IMG/VR virus record: IMGVR_UViG_3300008954_000127 | Coordinates: 1-37,740 of that record | Length of the DNA: 37,740 bases | Direction: 5' to 3' (one strand) | Source: a virus | Taxonomy: Duplodnaviria; Caudoviricetes | Shown: in pieces, positions 14,918 to 25,182 of the stretch | How positions within the stretch are numbered: the first letter of the stretch is position 1 | Layout of the letters: every line of letters starts with the position of its first letter | The notes under the pieces: generated by a model | What the model was told of the DNA's origin: nothing | Seen by the model: the letters and a program-made list of their open reading frames with translations, nothing else | Database searches by the model: none | Made by a program: the position numbers and the translations under genes

Positions 14918-15337
14918 GTGCAGTTAGACTTGTTCGACACTCAAGAAGTAGCCTCCATAGATGGTGACGGTAAGAGGTGCGTCAAGTGTGAGGACCTCCT
15001 ACCGCTGTCGTCCTTTTCTTTCGCTAGTGGAGGCAACTACCTACGCACGGAGTGTAAGCAATGCTCCAACGAGATGCAGAGACTAAGGGCCAAGCTACGT
15101 GAAGAGCAGACACATCCAGATGAACACCACTGTTGTCCTATCTGTAATAGAACAGAGGCTGAGGTTGAAGGTCAGGGCGGAAGAAAGACAGGAGCGTGGG
15201 TGGTAGACCATGACCACAAGACAGAAAAGTTCAGAGGATGGCTTTGCCACAAATGTAATAGAGCGCTGGGTGCATTCGAAGATAACATAGACAGACTACA
15301 ATCCGCTATAGAGTACCTACTAAATGAACAAGAATGA
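14918..15337 (+). CDS. Endonuclease VII-family (His-Me) endonuclease
   Basis: CPIC...VDHDH.T.KFRGWLC.KCN.ALG; N-terminal Zn ribbon; GTG start. Confidence 0.9.
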   Translation: MQLDLFDTQEVASIDGDGKRCVKCEDLLPLSSFSFASGGNYLRTECKQCSNEMQRLRAKLREEQTHPDEHHCCPICNRTEAEVEGQGGRKTGAWVVDHDHKTEKFRGWLCHKCNRALGAFEDNIDRLQSAIEYLLNEQE

Positions 15338-16040
15338 TCTAGAACCTCCTGAAAAATCTACACGAACACGTCGTAAGACTACCTATAAGAACGCCTCAAA
15401 GAAAAAGACTTCAGGGTTAGTTCCAAAGACGGACAACCAGAAGCTTCTCATAGATGCCTTAAAGACTAGCCCTCAAGTATTCATCCTCGGTCCCGCAGGT
15501 ACAGGTAAAACCTACGTCACTGCTACCTTCGCAGCCGACCAGTATACCCTGAAAGAAATTGACAAGATTGTCATCACTCGCCCTCATGTTGCAGTGGGGA
15601 AAGAGTTGGGGTTTCTCAAAGGGGACTTACATGAGAAGACTATGCCGTGGGCCTTGCCTGTCTTGGACGTTCTGGAGAGACACTTAGGTAAGGGTACTGT
15701 AGAGACAGGGATCAAGAACGGTAACATTGAGATGGCACCTCTTGCCCTTATGCGTGGTCGCTCCTTTGACAACGCCTTCATTATCGTAGACGAATCCCAG
15801 AACATCACAACCCACGAACTTAAGATGTTGTTGACAAGGGTAGGCGAGGGATCAACGATTGTTCTCAACGGAGATGCCCAACAGTCAGACCTCAAGGAAG
15901 CGGACGGCCTGACAAAGGTGATCCACTTAGCCAAGAAACACTTACTACCTGTCCCCATCGTGGAGTTCGGGGTGGAGGACATTATCCGAAGCGACATCTG
16001 CGCCCAGTGGGTGAGGGTGTTTATGGAAGAAGGTCTTTAA
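15324..16040 (+). CDS. phoH: PhoH-like ATPase
   Basis: GPAGTGKT, ITRP, GFL.G, MRGRSF, DESQN, LTRVGE, GD..QSD. Confidence 0.95.
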   Translation: MNKNDLEPPEKSTRTRRKTTYKNASKKKTSGLVPKTDNQKLLIDALKTSPQVFILGPAGTGKTYVTATFAADQYTLKEIDKIVITRPHVAVGKELGFLKGDLHEKTMPWALPVLDVLERHLGKGTVETGIKNGNIEMAPLALMRGRSFDNAFIIVDESQNITTHELKMLLTRVGEGSTIVLNGDAQQSDLKEADGLTKVIHLAKKHLLPVPIVEFGVEDIIRSDICAQWVRVFMEEGL

Positions 16041-16046
16041 GGATAC

Positions 16047-16082
16047 AAAAAAAAACCCCTTGGATTTCTCCTTGGGGTTTTT
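16047..16082. terminator. Bidirectional rho-independent terminator between the two arms
   Basis: A9-CCCC..GGA-TTTC-TCC..GGGG-T tract between convergent stops. Confidence 0.9.
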
Positions 16083-16084
16083 CT

Positions 16085-16354
16085 TTACATACCTCGGTCT
16101 AACATCTTATCAAGGCTGATCCTGATACCTTTAATGTTTTCGTCCATTCTCCCTAGAGTCACATTATGAATATTCACAACCTCCTCAATGTTATCTGTCT
16201 GGACTTCCAAACGGGTAATGCTTAAGGAGTTTGCGTCAACGTCCGTCCGTAAGGTTGCGACAAACCAAATCAGAGCTATGGTTTGAGCCATTAAACCAAG
16301 CAGGAAGGTGGCGCTTATATTTTTTGTAAGCAGAGATTGCTGTTCGTTAACCAC
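16085..16354 (-). CDS. TM + coiled-coil protein, possible holin or lysis accessory
   Basis: One hydrophobic segment then heptads; next to spanin and lysin. Confidence 0.55.
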   Translation of the reverse strand: MVNEQQSLLTKNISATFLLGLMAQTIALIWFVATLRTDVDANSLSITRLEVQTDNIEEVVNIHNVTLGRMDENIKGIRISLDKMLDRGM

Positions 16355-16709
16355 GGTATTTCCCTAGTGTTATTGTTTTTAGAAAGCCTCTCCATATTTC
16401 TTTAGGGGAAGGTAGAACCCAGCCTAGTATGAGGAGAAGTATTACCCAGACAGGTATGTCTTGGTTCATCACTTCGATTGACTCAACGTTACCCTGAGGT
16501 TTAATGGGGTCTAGTTCAGTCACCGTGATTACGTCACGCCCTGCTTCGGACGTTGTGCTTGTGTCCACTTGGGATAACGCTTGGTTATTTTCTGCACCAG
16601 CCTGTACGTTAGCTGCTACGTTAGGTCCACCACCTGTCAGCAGGGACATAGGACCGCCGAGACAGCCACTCAAGAGGAGTACCGCAGGGATGGTCCAAAG
16701 GGGTTTCAT
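16347..16709 (-). CDS. Unimolecular spanin candidate
   Basis: N-terminal lipobox LLSGC plus C-terminal TM (WVILLLILGWVL). Confidence 0.75.
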   Translation of the reverse strand: MKPLWTIPAVLLLSGCLGGPMSLLTGGGPNVAANVQAGAENNQALSQVDTSTTSEAGRDVITVTELDPIKPQGNVESIEVMNQDIPVWVILLLILGWVLPSPKEIWRGFLKTITLGKYRG

Positions 16710-18136
16710 TGGTCTTCTGTAGGTGTCGGAGGGAGAATATTGCTTTCATAGTACAGGTCATGTATGAGTTCTTTTCGTCGGGCAGTACCAATACTCTGAC
16801 CCTCGCGTATCTTGCCTTGATCGACCAGTAGTCGGTCTATTGTCCTTCTACTACTAGGTCCAATCTGTGCGTCTACTGCTAGTCTATCACCCGCAAGACC
16901 AAGACTGTCCATTAAACGGTTCGTCATAATCTGAAGACCTTGGTCACTCATAACCCTTTCATCACTGAATGAGTTATTCGCCAACCACGTCTCTACCCTA
17001 GACTTCCGTCCGTGTAGATCAGGCATAGCTGCCACCACATCGGCAGCGGATTGTCCAGACCTTGCTCTATCTAAAGCGGTCTGTGTCATATTACCAGACC
17101 CCATTACATAGGCTTCGCTTGCTAAGACAGCCTGTACATCTTCTGGTAAGTCCTCAAAACCAGCGCCGTACCTATCTTTTGCTGCGTCCATCCCTAGAGA
17201 CTCCCATGATTTGGTGGAAATGTCCTCTAGTTCAGCAAGACTAAACGAAGGAAGAACCCCTTCTGTCTTAGCCAGACGGAAAGTGTCAGACATAGCTTTG
17301 TGGCCTCGAACCCTTCTTACACCTCTGAGCATAGCTTCTTCGCCGAGACGACTAGCTGGTTGGTTATTGTCCTCTAGGTATACCCTAATGGCACGTTCGG
17401 TAGCTGGGCCGTACACACCGTCTGGTGGGACCCCTACAATCTCCTGTATGTTAGTTAGAGTCAGTCCACTAGCAGCGACGTTATAGTCAGGGTCTACAAT
17501 GGTATCGGGGTTTAGGTTCACCCAATCACCAAACTTGTCAATAAGTTTTTGAGGAAAACCTAGGTTTCGTAAAGTGGCTTCTGTGTGTTGACCAACATCA
17601 AAACCGTTAGCTACAGTAAGACCCGATTTGTGTTTAAGTGGAGGTATACTTGATATGCTGTTAAGTTCATAAGGTTTCTCCCGAAAACTCTCAAGGGCTA
17701 CAATGAACGACATCTGGGGATCAGAGAAAACAACTTGACTCTCCAAGGGTTCAAGGTCTGCATTAAAGGGTTTTTGAGTTTGACCTAATGGTGTCTCCCC
17801 TTTTGTGTCTAAAACAGAGGTAGGCTCGACCATCCTTTTAACAGTCCCCCGACCTTCTTCGTCAAAGGAAAGAGGTTGTTGGAGTGCATCAAAGGTGCCT
17901 TGATCTACAACACCAGTACGAGGGAGACCAGCCTGTTCTTGGAAGGCTTGTATACCTGCCTCAGTCTTGGCACCAAAGGCTCCGTCAATTTCACCTACCT
18001 CAGTAATACCCCTGTCAACAAGAGATTCTTGGAGAGAAAATACATTATCGCTTACGTCCCCACGTTTAGGGAGGGCAGGGGTTTCTGCATCATTAGATTT
18101 GACTAGGGTTAATCCCTCTAACGCATTAAAAGCCAT
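16706..18136 (-). CDS. Peptidoglycan hydrolase: pesticin-like muramidase with several PG-binding domains
   Basis: DGAFGAKT..GIQAFQ...GL..TG, DGVYGPAT, DAQIGPSS repeats; E...SGLTVANGFDVGQ; start taken at ATG 1 nt after upstream TAG. Confidence 0.75.
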   Translation of the reverse strand: MAFNALEGLTLVKSNDAETPALPKRGDVSDNVFSLQESLVDRGITEVGEIDGAFGAKTEAGIQAFQEQAGLPRTGVVDQGTFDALQQPLSFDEEGRGTVKRMVEPTSVLDTKGETPLGQTQKPFNADLEPLESQVVFSDPQMSFIVALESFREKPYELNSISSIPPLKHKSGLTVANGFDVGQHTEATLRNLGFPQKLIDKFGDWVNLNPDTIVDPDYNVAASGLTLTNIQEIVGVPPDGVYGPATERAIRVYLEDNNQPASRLGEEAMLRGVRRVRGHKAMSDTFRLAKTEGVLPSFSLAELEDISTKSWESLGMDAAKDRYGAGFEDLPEDVQAVLASEAYVMGSGNMTQTALDRARSGQSAADVVAAMPDLHGRKSRVETWLANNSFSDERVMSDQGLQIMTNRLMDSLGLAGDRLAVDAQIGPSSRRTIDRLLVDQGKIREGQSIGTARRKELIHDLYYESNILPPTPTEDQ

Positions 18137-18137
18137 A

Positions 18138-20099
18138 CTACTTAAAAACCTCTCTGGTTTTTGGGTTCCTATATCCGGATGAGAGAACTTCGTAGACAAC
18201 ACCATCTTCGGGGTTAACAAAGAAACTACCAACACTAAGAGACCTAATGGCTTCACCTTGTTGGTCATCTGACATCCCTTCAAATTTGTAAGGGGCTTTC
18301 TCCGAACCGAGTTTACCTAGTTCCGTTGCTTCAACACTATCTTCAACCTCAGGTGTTTCCACAGGAATGCTAGACGCTATAGCCGTTTCGACAAGGTGTG
18401 TGATCTCAAGGTCTTCCACAGCATCCATGAGCTTACGTCGGTCTGGTATCAGTTTGGTAATCCGCTCTAAGTCAGGTTCAGAAATTCCAAGCTTGTTTGT
18501 CAGGGTCTCTATCCCTATAGATACGTCATTGTACTTGAAACGGCGGTCACTGCCCGATAGCTTGTACCACTCTGAAAGACCACCTGCTTCTGACACCTTA
18601 TCAAGAATGGTATCAACCAGTTCAGGAGGCCACCCCTTTTCAAGACCTTCAGCTTCGATCCTTTTCTCATCAAAGTGGTATTCCTTTGATACAGGGTCTA
18701 TTAGGATGAAGTCCTTCCCGACAGCACTTATCATAGTATCCAGACGGTTAAGTTCAGCGGCAACGGCCCTACCGTAAAGGTCCAAAAGCTCACCACCCTT
18801 AGTAGGTTTTAAGCTCATATAAGTCTTCAGGTTTTCTAAGAAGGTAGAATCTAGGAGAAGGTCTCGGTCACCTTTTCTTAGGATTTTTTCGGGGAGTTTT
18901 TCTATGTGGAAAAGTGTTGACGCAACCTGTTTGTAGTACGTCTCTTGTACCTTAAGGTTTTCTCTAAGGGTGTTAGATAGGTCCGCGCTGTTTAGTACCA
19001 GAAGGCTATTGATGTAGGTAGCTTCATGGGCTTCGGCTTCCTCATTGGCTTCGGAAAGGGCTATAGTTTTGTCTACCTCTTCTTCTATACTTTCCAATGA
19101 CGTAAACACTTTAGGGCTAAAGGAAGTATCTACAGCACCCTGACCTAGTGTATCTAGAGCAGCAGTTACTCCGGATAAATCCACAATTCCAGCAGCTACC
19201 AAGTGACTCTGACCAGTCTCAGCTATATTTGTTAAGGCCATGAGTTGGAGTTGGGTTATGTCACCATTCTTAAGAAGAGGTTCTGTAAGAGCTTCGAGGG
19301 TGTGTTTTGTCGAGTCGAGAGGACCTGTTCCTAGTACATCAACAGTGGCTTGAAGAGTGTCTAGGTAACTGCTTACCTCGGGGTTTCCCCTCATGGAGTT
19401 GTACTTTTCAAGTACCATGGTCCGGAAAAATTCTTGTACCCCTAGACGCTCTTCCTCGGTAACCCTTCCGTCATCCAAGGCTTTAGATATATTAAATGTA
19501 ATAAGTTTCTGGTCTTCAGCTAACGCAGTAAAGACATCTCTGCCATTTGGCATCTGTCCAGCTTTAACGTTCGCCATGTTTCTTGAGAACAATACCTGCG
19601 CCGCTAGATAGTTATCCCGTTCAGCAAAGGCTAAAGCCGTTACATTCTCTTGGGTGTAGTCTTTTCCTGTTTCATCTAAAGTACGTTGAGCGACAACGAG
19701 GAAACCTTGTCCTTCCGGCGTAGCTAACCAAGCCTCCTTTTCAGCCTGAGCAGGGTCTACCCCTAGAGAACTAGCTAAGGTTTTGCCTGTGATACTAGTG
19801 AAGAAAATCCTTTGTTCATCAGATAGACTTTGTCCTGACATCGTAAGGTTTATAACAGCATCTGACATAATTTTGTCTGCGCCTACATGGTTCCCTTCAT
19901 CTTTAGCTTTTTCAGCAGATTGGAAAGCCTCCGTATATGCACGATCAGCCTCTAACTGGATAGCTGACGCAGAAGGTGCTACAGGTTTAGTTGCCCTAAG
20001 GAAATTACCGAAGAGTTCCCCCATTGAAGTGGAAGGGGGTGCTACAGGACGCTCTGCGTAAACCTGTGTCTCAATGACAGGTGCGATGGGACCAACCAT
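18138..20099 (-). CDS. Internal virion (ejection) protein
   Basis: Large helical ORF in podovirus internal-protein position. Confidence 0.6.
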   Translation of the reverse strand: MVGPIAPVIETQVYAERPVAPPSTSMGELFGNFLRATKPVAPSASAIQLEADRAYTEAFQSAEKAKDEGNHVGADKIMSDAVINLTMSGQSLSDEQRIFFTSITGKTLASSLGVDPAQAEKEAWLATPEGQGFLVVAQRTLDETGKDYTQENVTALAFAERDNYLAAQVLFSRNMANVKAGQMPNGRDVFTALAEDQKLITFNISKALDDGRVTEEERLGVQEFFRTMVLEKYNSMRGNPEVSSYLDTLQATVDVLGTGPLDSTKHTLEALTEPLLKNGDITQLQLMALTNIAETGQSHLVAAGIVDLSGVTAALDTLGQGAVDTSFSPKVFTSLESIEEEVDKTIALSEANEEAEAHEATYINSLLVLNSADLSNTLRENLKVQETYYKQVASTLFHIEKLPEKILRKGDRDLLLDSTFLENLKTYMSLKPTKGGELLDLYGRAVAAELNRLDTMISAVGKDFILIDPVSKEYHFDEKRIEAEGLEKGWPPELVDTILDKVSEAGGLSEWYKLSGSDRRFKYNDVSIGIETLTNKLGISEPDLERITKLIPDRRKLMDAVEDLEITHLVETAIASSIPVETPEVEDSVEATELGKLGSEKAPYKFEGMSDDQQGEAIRSLSVGSFFVNPEDGVVYEVLSSGYRNPKTREVFK

Positions 20100-23000
20100 T
20101 AGTATCTATTCCTTTCAACATAAGCTTTAGCTTCATCAAAGAGACCTAAGCGGATAAGCTTAAAGTACATGTCCAAAGTAGTTTTCTCTTTGGAACCTTG
20201 GAGAACCTGAGACCTCAAGTTACCCTTTTGTTTTTCTGTCAAGTTAGAAAGTTCGATGATAGCTTCGACTTCTTTAGATATGCTGTTAACACGCCCTGCA
20301 TCACCTTCCTCAATTGAATCCCACATAAGGTTTACAAGAGGTATTAATGCCTTGGACCTCTCTCTATACGCTTTCTGAGAACCGTAGGCCATTGAGTCTA
20401 GGTCGTAATACTCTTGGACTTCACCTAGTGGGATACCCAAGACAACACTAACTTTTTCTGCAAGGGAGAGGTCTAGGCCCTCAATACGTTTACCTGTCTT
20501 AGATTGATAAACGTCATGCGCTATAAGACCTTGGAGTTTAGCGGCATTGTCTAAGAGTTTATTTTCTCTTAGACCTTCTACAAGCTGGAGTGTACCATAG
20601 TGTCTCTTACCTGTCAAGACATTAATAACACCAGCGCCTACGTTATAGGCGGCAGAACCAGCTTTACCACCACCAGCACCCGAGAGAGCCTCTAAGAGAG
20701 ACTCGTTCTCGAAACTTCTCAAAACATCTACGAAGGCATCCCCGATAGAAAGACGAGAGGCAAGACCTACATCGTAGTCTCCATCGAAAACCCAGTCCAT
20801 CAGAGCCTCAACAGGACCATTCCGTAGGGTCTCTGTGGCAGTACTGTCAGCTTCCCAGCCCATTGCAGCACCTGCTTTTGTAGCTAGGTGTCCTAGACCG
20901 ACCCCTGTCAATCCAAAAGAAGGTCCAAGGTAGACCGCTAACATGATACGTTCCTGTCGAGAGAGGTTACGACCAACAAAAACACCTTCAACAGTACGGA
21001 GCATAAAGCTGTAGAACTGAGTAGGGACTTTCATCAGACCCTGTTGAGCCATACCCTTACTCGCTTGGGTCATGTTCAAGGTCAGGGCTTGTTCTTTATC
21101 GGAAATCCAAGAGACAGCCTGTTTAGATGTGAACCTTCCCTTAGGGAATGCCTTGCGGTATTCCAAAGCGGAAGTACCAAAGGCGGTTACACGGGCTATC
21201 TGCTCACCCTTGTTGAAGAAGAAGAGACCAGCTTTAGATGTAGTATCCCAAGCCTTACCTGTCGTACGCACCTTCTCTCGAAGGTTTCTCTTGGAGAAGT
21301 GGATAGACGAAGCTTGTCCGATAGAACCTTCAGCTACGCTCTCAGGGTCAATCTCATAACGACCAATGTCTGTGAAAGTCTGACGCAGTTCCCAAAGCTC
21401 ATCCTCAGGGATGTCGAAGTGATCCGACATACGCTTCATCATAAGGTCTAGTTCAGGTCCACGGCTAAGTTTAGTGGACTTCAGAAGCTTAGAACCTAGC
21501 ATAGCCCCTTTCATACCTGTGACAGGATGCATGGCCACGATAGCCGCTGCTTGGGAAGCCTGAAGAACTAGCTGGAAAGGGTCACCGAAGAAGGTGTTAA
21601 AGAAACCAAATCCTGTAAGACGAGCCTCAGGGCTTCCTACCTTGAACTTCAAGCCCGTCAGGTTGTACAAACCCTCTGTCATACTATCGGCTAGCTTCTG
21701 TAGACCCTTCTCACCTTCCGTACGTACACCAGTACGTAACTCAAAGATACGCTTACGTTCTAAGAGGGTCTGGATCAGAGGATTAGCCTCATCTTTTCGA
21801 AGAAGGCTCTCCATCTCATTGTAGTAGTCTCTGGTAGTGTAACCCTCTTTACGTCCCACCATATCCCGTACGGCTTTACCTAGTGAGACAATGGCCTCAT
21901 CATTGTAAGTCTCGTAGGCAAGTCTACGGCTGACTGAATTAACTTGGTTCAAGACAGCGTTGACAGGATTGTCGTTGTACGTACGAGCGCCGCCATAGTG
22001 GAGGAGAGGTGTGTCGTTGCGGCGTCCACTGAACAAAGCAAATTCCTCTAGGGAACCACCTGCGATAAAGACGTCTTGGTTAGCTCCAGAGAAAACCCCT
22101 GAGTCACGCCCCCTTTGAGTTACATTGATCTCTTGGGTTAAGTCCCAGCCTTCTTCAATAGCAAGGTTCTCAAGGTCTTCAGCGGTCTCTAAGGTTCTGT
22201 TCCAAGAGTTGTTGGCTAGAACCATGTCGTCTGTCAGGGTTCCACTACGGAAAGCATTGACAAGAGTTTGGAGTTCGCCCACAGCTTTAGCTGCCTCTTT
22301 CTCAGAGAAGGTGGATAGAGCTACACGAACAACCTTACCGTCTACGTCGAAGCTAATGAAGTAGTTTGCTTCAGGGTTAATACGGGAACCACCTGCGTTG
22401 TACCCAAGGACGTCAGTAGCTTCAAGAGGACGTACGGTATCTGTATCTACAACATAACGAGACTTAAAGGTTATATCCTCAACATCAAAGTCTAGTTTGT
22501 AGATGTTAGACATAGGCCCTTTGTATTCACTGACAGGAATGACCCGACCTGTGGTAGCATCTACGATGTGGTCTACGTCAGACGGTAGGCTGCTCACACG
22601 ATGACCAGCTACAATGTCATGACCTTCGATACGGATACCACGGAAACCTTGGCGATGCATCTCACGGATCATCATGGAGGCTTTAGCGACATAAGCGTAG
22701 TCACTCAGTTCTACGAGGGCGTGGTAACCTTCGATAACTTTCTTAGAGGGTGTATGACCAATCTTATCTTCGTACTTCTCTACGAACTGTTCGGTAGTTA
22801 ACCAGCTACGACGACCAGCTTCTGCCCCGCTCTGAATATCCTGAACGATTTCACCGATGTCCTCAATCTGGCTAGACTTCAGTTTAGTTAAAGGTTTGCC
22901 AAAGTGGGCTAGGGCCTCTTTAAGTTTAGTAGTAACTGTCTCTGCGCGGAGAGCCTTCGAAGTAAGTTCCTCGGCGTCTCTTAGGTAAGACCCTGCGGTA

Positions 23001-24445
23001 AACCTGTTGCCTAGTACTCTAGTAGCTAGACGTTGGACCAGATGCCCTACAGCCTCTACGGGTGTGTGTTTAAGTTTAACAAACTTATCTACGTCAACAA
23101 TACTTTCGACTTCAACGAAGAACTTCTTACCTGTTAAGTCTGCCGGAACAATACGTGCTTGGGTAAACTCCTTTTGAGGAAGGTCCTCTAGGATTTTCTC
23201 TGCCAGTTTTTTCGAGACAGGAGTACCTTTATGGACACCTCCGAACCTAACCTTTAGAACATTGGTAGCACTGTCGAAAAAATAGTCAGCTACGTTACGG
23301 TTAATTACTTTACTTAAAGCTTTAGCCTTATTGTTGACATAACCGAGGAGAGCAGCCTCATCGTAAGAGCTACCCATAGCACGACGTACGTAGTCTTTAA
23401 CATTCTCAAAGACGTCTACGTGGGTGTGTGCGTCTTGGGCAGCTTCAAGGAGAGGACGCACAGGAGCCTTGTCCCCTACAGGGTCTGTATGAGGTGGACC
23501 CATGGATGCGAGGTTCTCTGGATCGTCGGTTACTTTGGCGATAGCTTCTGCCGTTTCTGTCGCAGCTTTGTGGCCACCCGTTATACCTGCTTGGGTCGAA
23601 GCGGTAGGAGAGTTGGCTAGAGCTTTACCTACTTTCCTAGTCAAAGATGTGGCACCCTTAGCTAGAGGGAACAGCCAAGATACCAAGTCAACGGTACCCA
23701 TGATGGCCTCTACAGTCACTCCTGCATCGTCTCCTCGACGCATAGCATCATCGTAAAGGTCTTTAAGAGCGTGGTAGCTACCTTTAAAGAAGATACCTTC
23801 CTCAAGCATCTCATCCATGTCGGTGTCTAGGAAGTCTTGGAAAGCCTCCAAGGACATATTACCTGACAGGGCGTTAAGGAACTTGTCCCCTGTCTTGCTT
23901 CCCTTTAGGGTAATACCTTCGACAGCACCTACAGTAGAACCACGTATGACATAACGGTCGAACCAACTAGCAGCACGTCCAAGAAACTTCTCAGGACGTT
24001 CTTGACTGATGCGGTCCTCTAGGGTCTCCATGAGGTACTGCAGCTTCAGGGTAGTCTCTACTTGAAGTGCGCCGTAGTGTGGATTGTCTTCAGCGGTAGC
24101 CTGTCGGGTAAGTGTCCAGTAGTCCGATAGCGGAACTAAGGCACCCTTACGTTGGATGTCCTCCAGCTTTTCCGCAGCGGTTTGAGGGTCTTGTTCAGGG
24201 TCAGACAAGACAGCTTGAACCCCAGACATTATAGCCTGTTGGGTTTCCATTGAGATACCTGCGAAGGCCGCTGCCTTATCTTCCTCGGCAGGAAGAGTTC
24301 CGGTAGCAGAGATAAGTGATTCGTCCTCCCTGCGGTTAGCAGCCGCAAGAGGGTCTTTCTCTACCACTTCAACCGTTTGTACTGAAGGGTCTTCCCCTAG
24401 GATATTTACTGTAGAGGGTTTACCGCCGAGTTCCTTGATAGGCAT
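20099..24445 (-). CDS. Large internal virion (ejection) protein
   Basis: About 1450-aa ORF downstream of tail genes; start chosen at MPIKE. Confidence 0.7.
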   Translation of the reverse strand: MPIKELGGKPSTVNILGEDPSVQTVEVVEKDPLAAANRREDESLISATGTLPAEEDKAAAFAGISMETQQAIMSGVQAVLSDPEQDPQTAAEKLEDIQRKGALVPLSDYWTLTRQATAEDNPHYGALQVETTLKLQYLMETLEDRISQERPEKFLGRAASWFDRYVIRGSTVGAVEGITLKGSKTGDKFLNALSGNMSLEAFQDFLDTDMDEMLEEGIFFKGSYHALKDLYDDAMRRGDDAGVTVEAIMGTVDLVSWLFPLAKGATSLTRKVGKALANSPTASTQAGITGGHKAATETAEAIAKVTDDPENLASMGPPHTDPVGDKAPVRPLLEAAQDAHTHVDVFENVKDYVRRAMGSSYDEAALLGYVNNKAKALSKVINRNVADYFFDSATNVLKVRFGGVHKGTPVSKKLAEKILEDLPQKEFTQARIVPADLTGKKFFVEVESIVDVDKFVKLKHTPVEAVGHLVQRLATRVLGNRFTAGSYLRDAEELTSKALRAETVTTKLKEALAHFGKPLTKLKSSQIEDIGEIVQDIQSGAEAGRRSWLTTEQFVEKYEDKIGHTPSKKVIEGYHALVELSDYAYVAKASMMIREMHRQGFRGIRIEGHDIVAGHRVSSLPSDVDHIVDATTGRVIPVSEYKGPMSNIYKLDFDVEDITFKSRYVVDTDTVRPLEATDVLGYNAGGSRINPEANYFISFDVDGKVVRVALSTFSEKEAAKAVGELQTLVNAFRSGTLTDDMVLANNSWNRTLETAEDLENLAIEEGWDLTQEINVTQRGRDSGVFSGANQDVFIAGGSLEEFALFSGRRNDTPLLHYGGARTYNDNPVNAVLNQVNSVSRRLAYETYNDEAIVSLGKAVRDMVGRKEGYTTRDYYNEMESLLRKDEANPLIQTLLERKRIFELRTGVRTEGEKGLQKLADSMTEGLYNLTGLKFKVGSPEARLTGFGFFNTFFGDPFQLVLQASQAAAIVAMHPVTGMKGAMLGSKLLKSTKLSRGPELDLMMKRMSDHFDIPEDELWELRQTFTDIGRYEIDPESVAEGSIGQASSIHFSKRNLREKVRTTGKAWDTTSKAGLFFFNKGEQIARVTAFGTSALEYRKAFPKGRFTSKQAVSWISDKEQALTLNMTQASKGMAQQGLMKVPTQFYSFMLRTVEGVFVGRNLSRQERIMLAVYLGPSFGLTGVGLGHLATKAGAAMGWEADSTATETLRNGPVEALMDWVFDGDYDVGLASRLSIGDAFVDVLRSFENESLLEALSGAGGGKAGSAAYNVGAGVINVLTGKRHYGTLQLVEGLRENKLLDNAAKLQGLIAHDVYQSKTGKRIEGLDLSLAEKVSVVLGIPLGEVQEYYDLDSMAYGSQKAYRERSKALIPLVNLMWDSIEEGDAGRVNSISKEVEAIIELSNLTEKQKGNLRSQVLQGSKEKTTLDMYFKLIRLGLFDEAKAYVERNRY

Positions 24446-24452
24446 GTTCTTT

Positions 24453-24869
24453 TTATCCCCAGCTATTACCGCCAAATAGTGAATTAGGTCCACCTATCTG
24501 CATAGTAGGGAGGGAAAAATCGCCCGCTGGCATCTCTCCAGCAAGACTACCCAAACCACTTAACATGTTGGCGCTAGATTGTAGACGTGTGATGTCTTTA
24601 GACAAACCTGACATAACTCCTGCTCTTCCGATAGCAGTACCTGTCTGAGCGCCTAGAGAGGCGATACCACCTGCCGCTGCTGAACTAAATCCGATACCTG
24701 CACCTTCCGCTGTAATACGGGCCTGAGCGCGTTTAAGCTGACGTTCCCTAAGAACCTTGCGGACAGACGTTCTACGTTGAAATTCTTGTTGCTGTTCTGC
24801 CTTCTTAGCAGCCTTGGATTGCTGCATTAAAGAAGCTAGTCCAAAAAGTAACTGAGGTACTGGTCCCAT
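24453..24869 (-). CDS. Small internal virion protein (gp14-like)
   Basis: A/G/Q-rich, position, AGGAG RBS. Confidence 0.6.
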   Translation of the reverse strand: MGPVPQLLFGLASLMQQSKAAKKAEQQQEFQRRTSVRKVLRERQLKRAQARITAEGAGIGFSSAAAGGIASLGAQTGTAIGRAGVMSGLSKDITRLQSSANMLSGLGSLAGEMPAGDFSLPTMQIGGPNSLFGGNSWG

Positions 24870-24870
24870 T

Positions 24871-25182
24871 TTATTCTCCTAAGTCAAGTCTGACTATTGT
24901 GTGATTATCTTTATACCCGTGAACAACAAAACCTAGTCTATCTACTAGCTTTAAAACGGTCTTCTTTTCGTCAGGGATTAAACCGAAGACAGCGGGATAC
25001 CCTGACATTTTTAAGAAAGGACTCCACTCTTCAATTAAAAAGGCTAGTTCACTTATAGCCTCTCTTGACATACGCCTTACTTCAGGTAGGTGGACAAAGA
25101 TAAGTTCGTCTGAGTAGTCGAAGGTGATGTCTACATCCTTCCCACCTATCGTAGGAAGTCTGTTAAAACCTTGGATTTGCAC
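24871..25182 (-). CDS. GNAT-like virion assembly protein
   Basis: C-terminal KLVDRLGF motif; position after nozzle gene. Confidence 0.5.
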   Translation of the reverse strand: MQIQGFNRLPTIGGKDVDITFDYSDELIFVHLPEVRRMSREAISELAFLIEEWSPFLKMSGYPAVFGLIPDEKKTVLKLVDRLGFVVHGYKDNHTIVRLDLGE

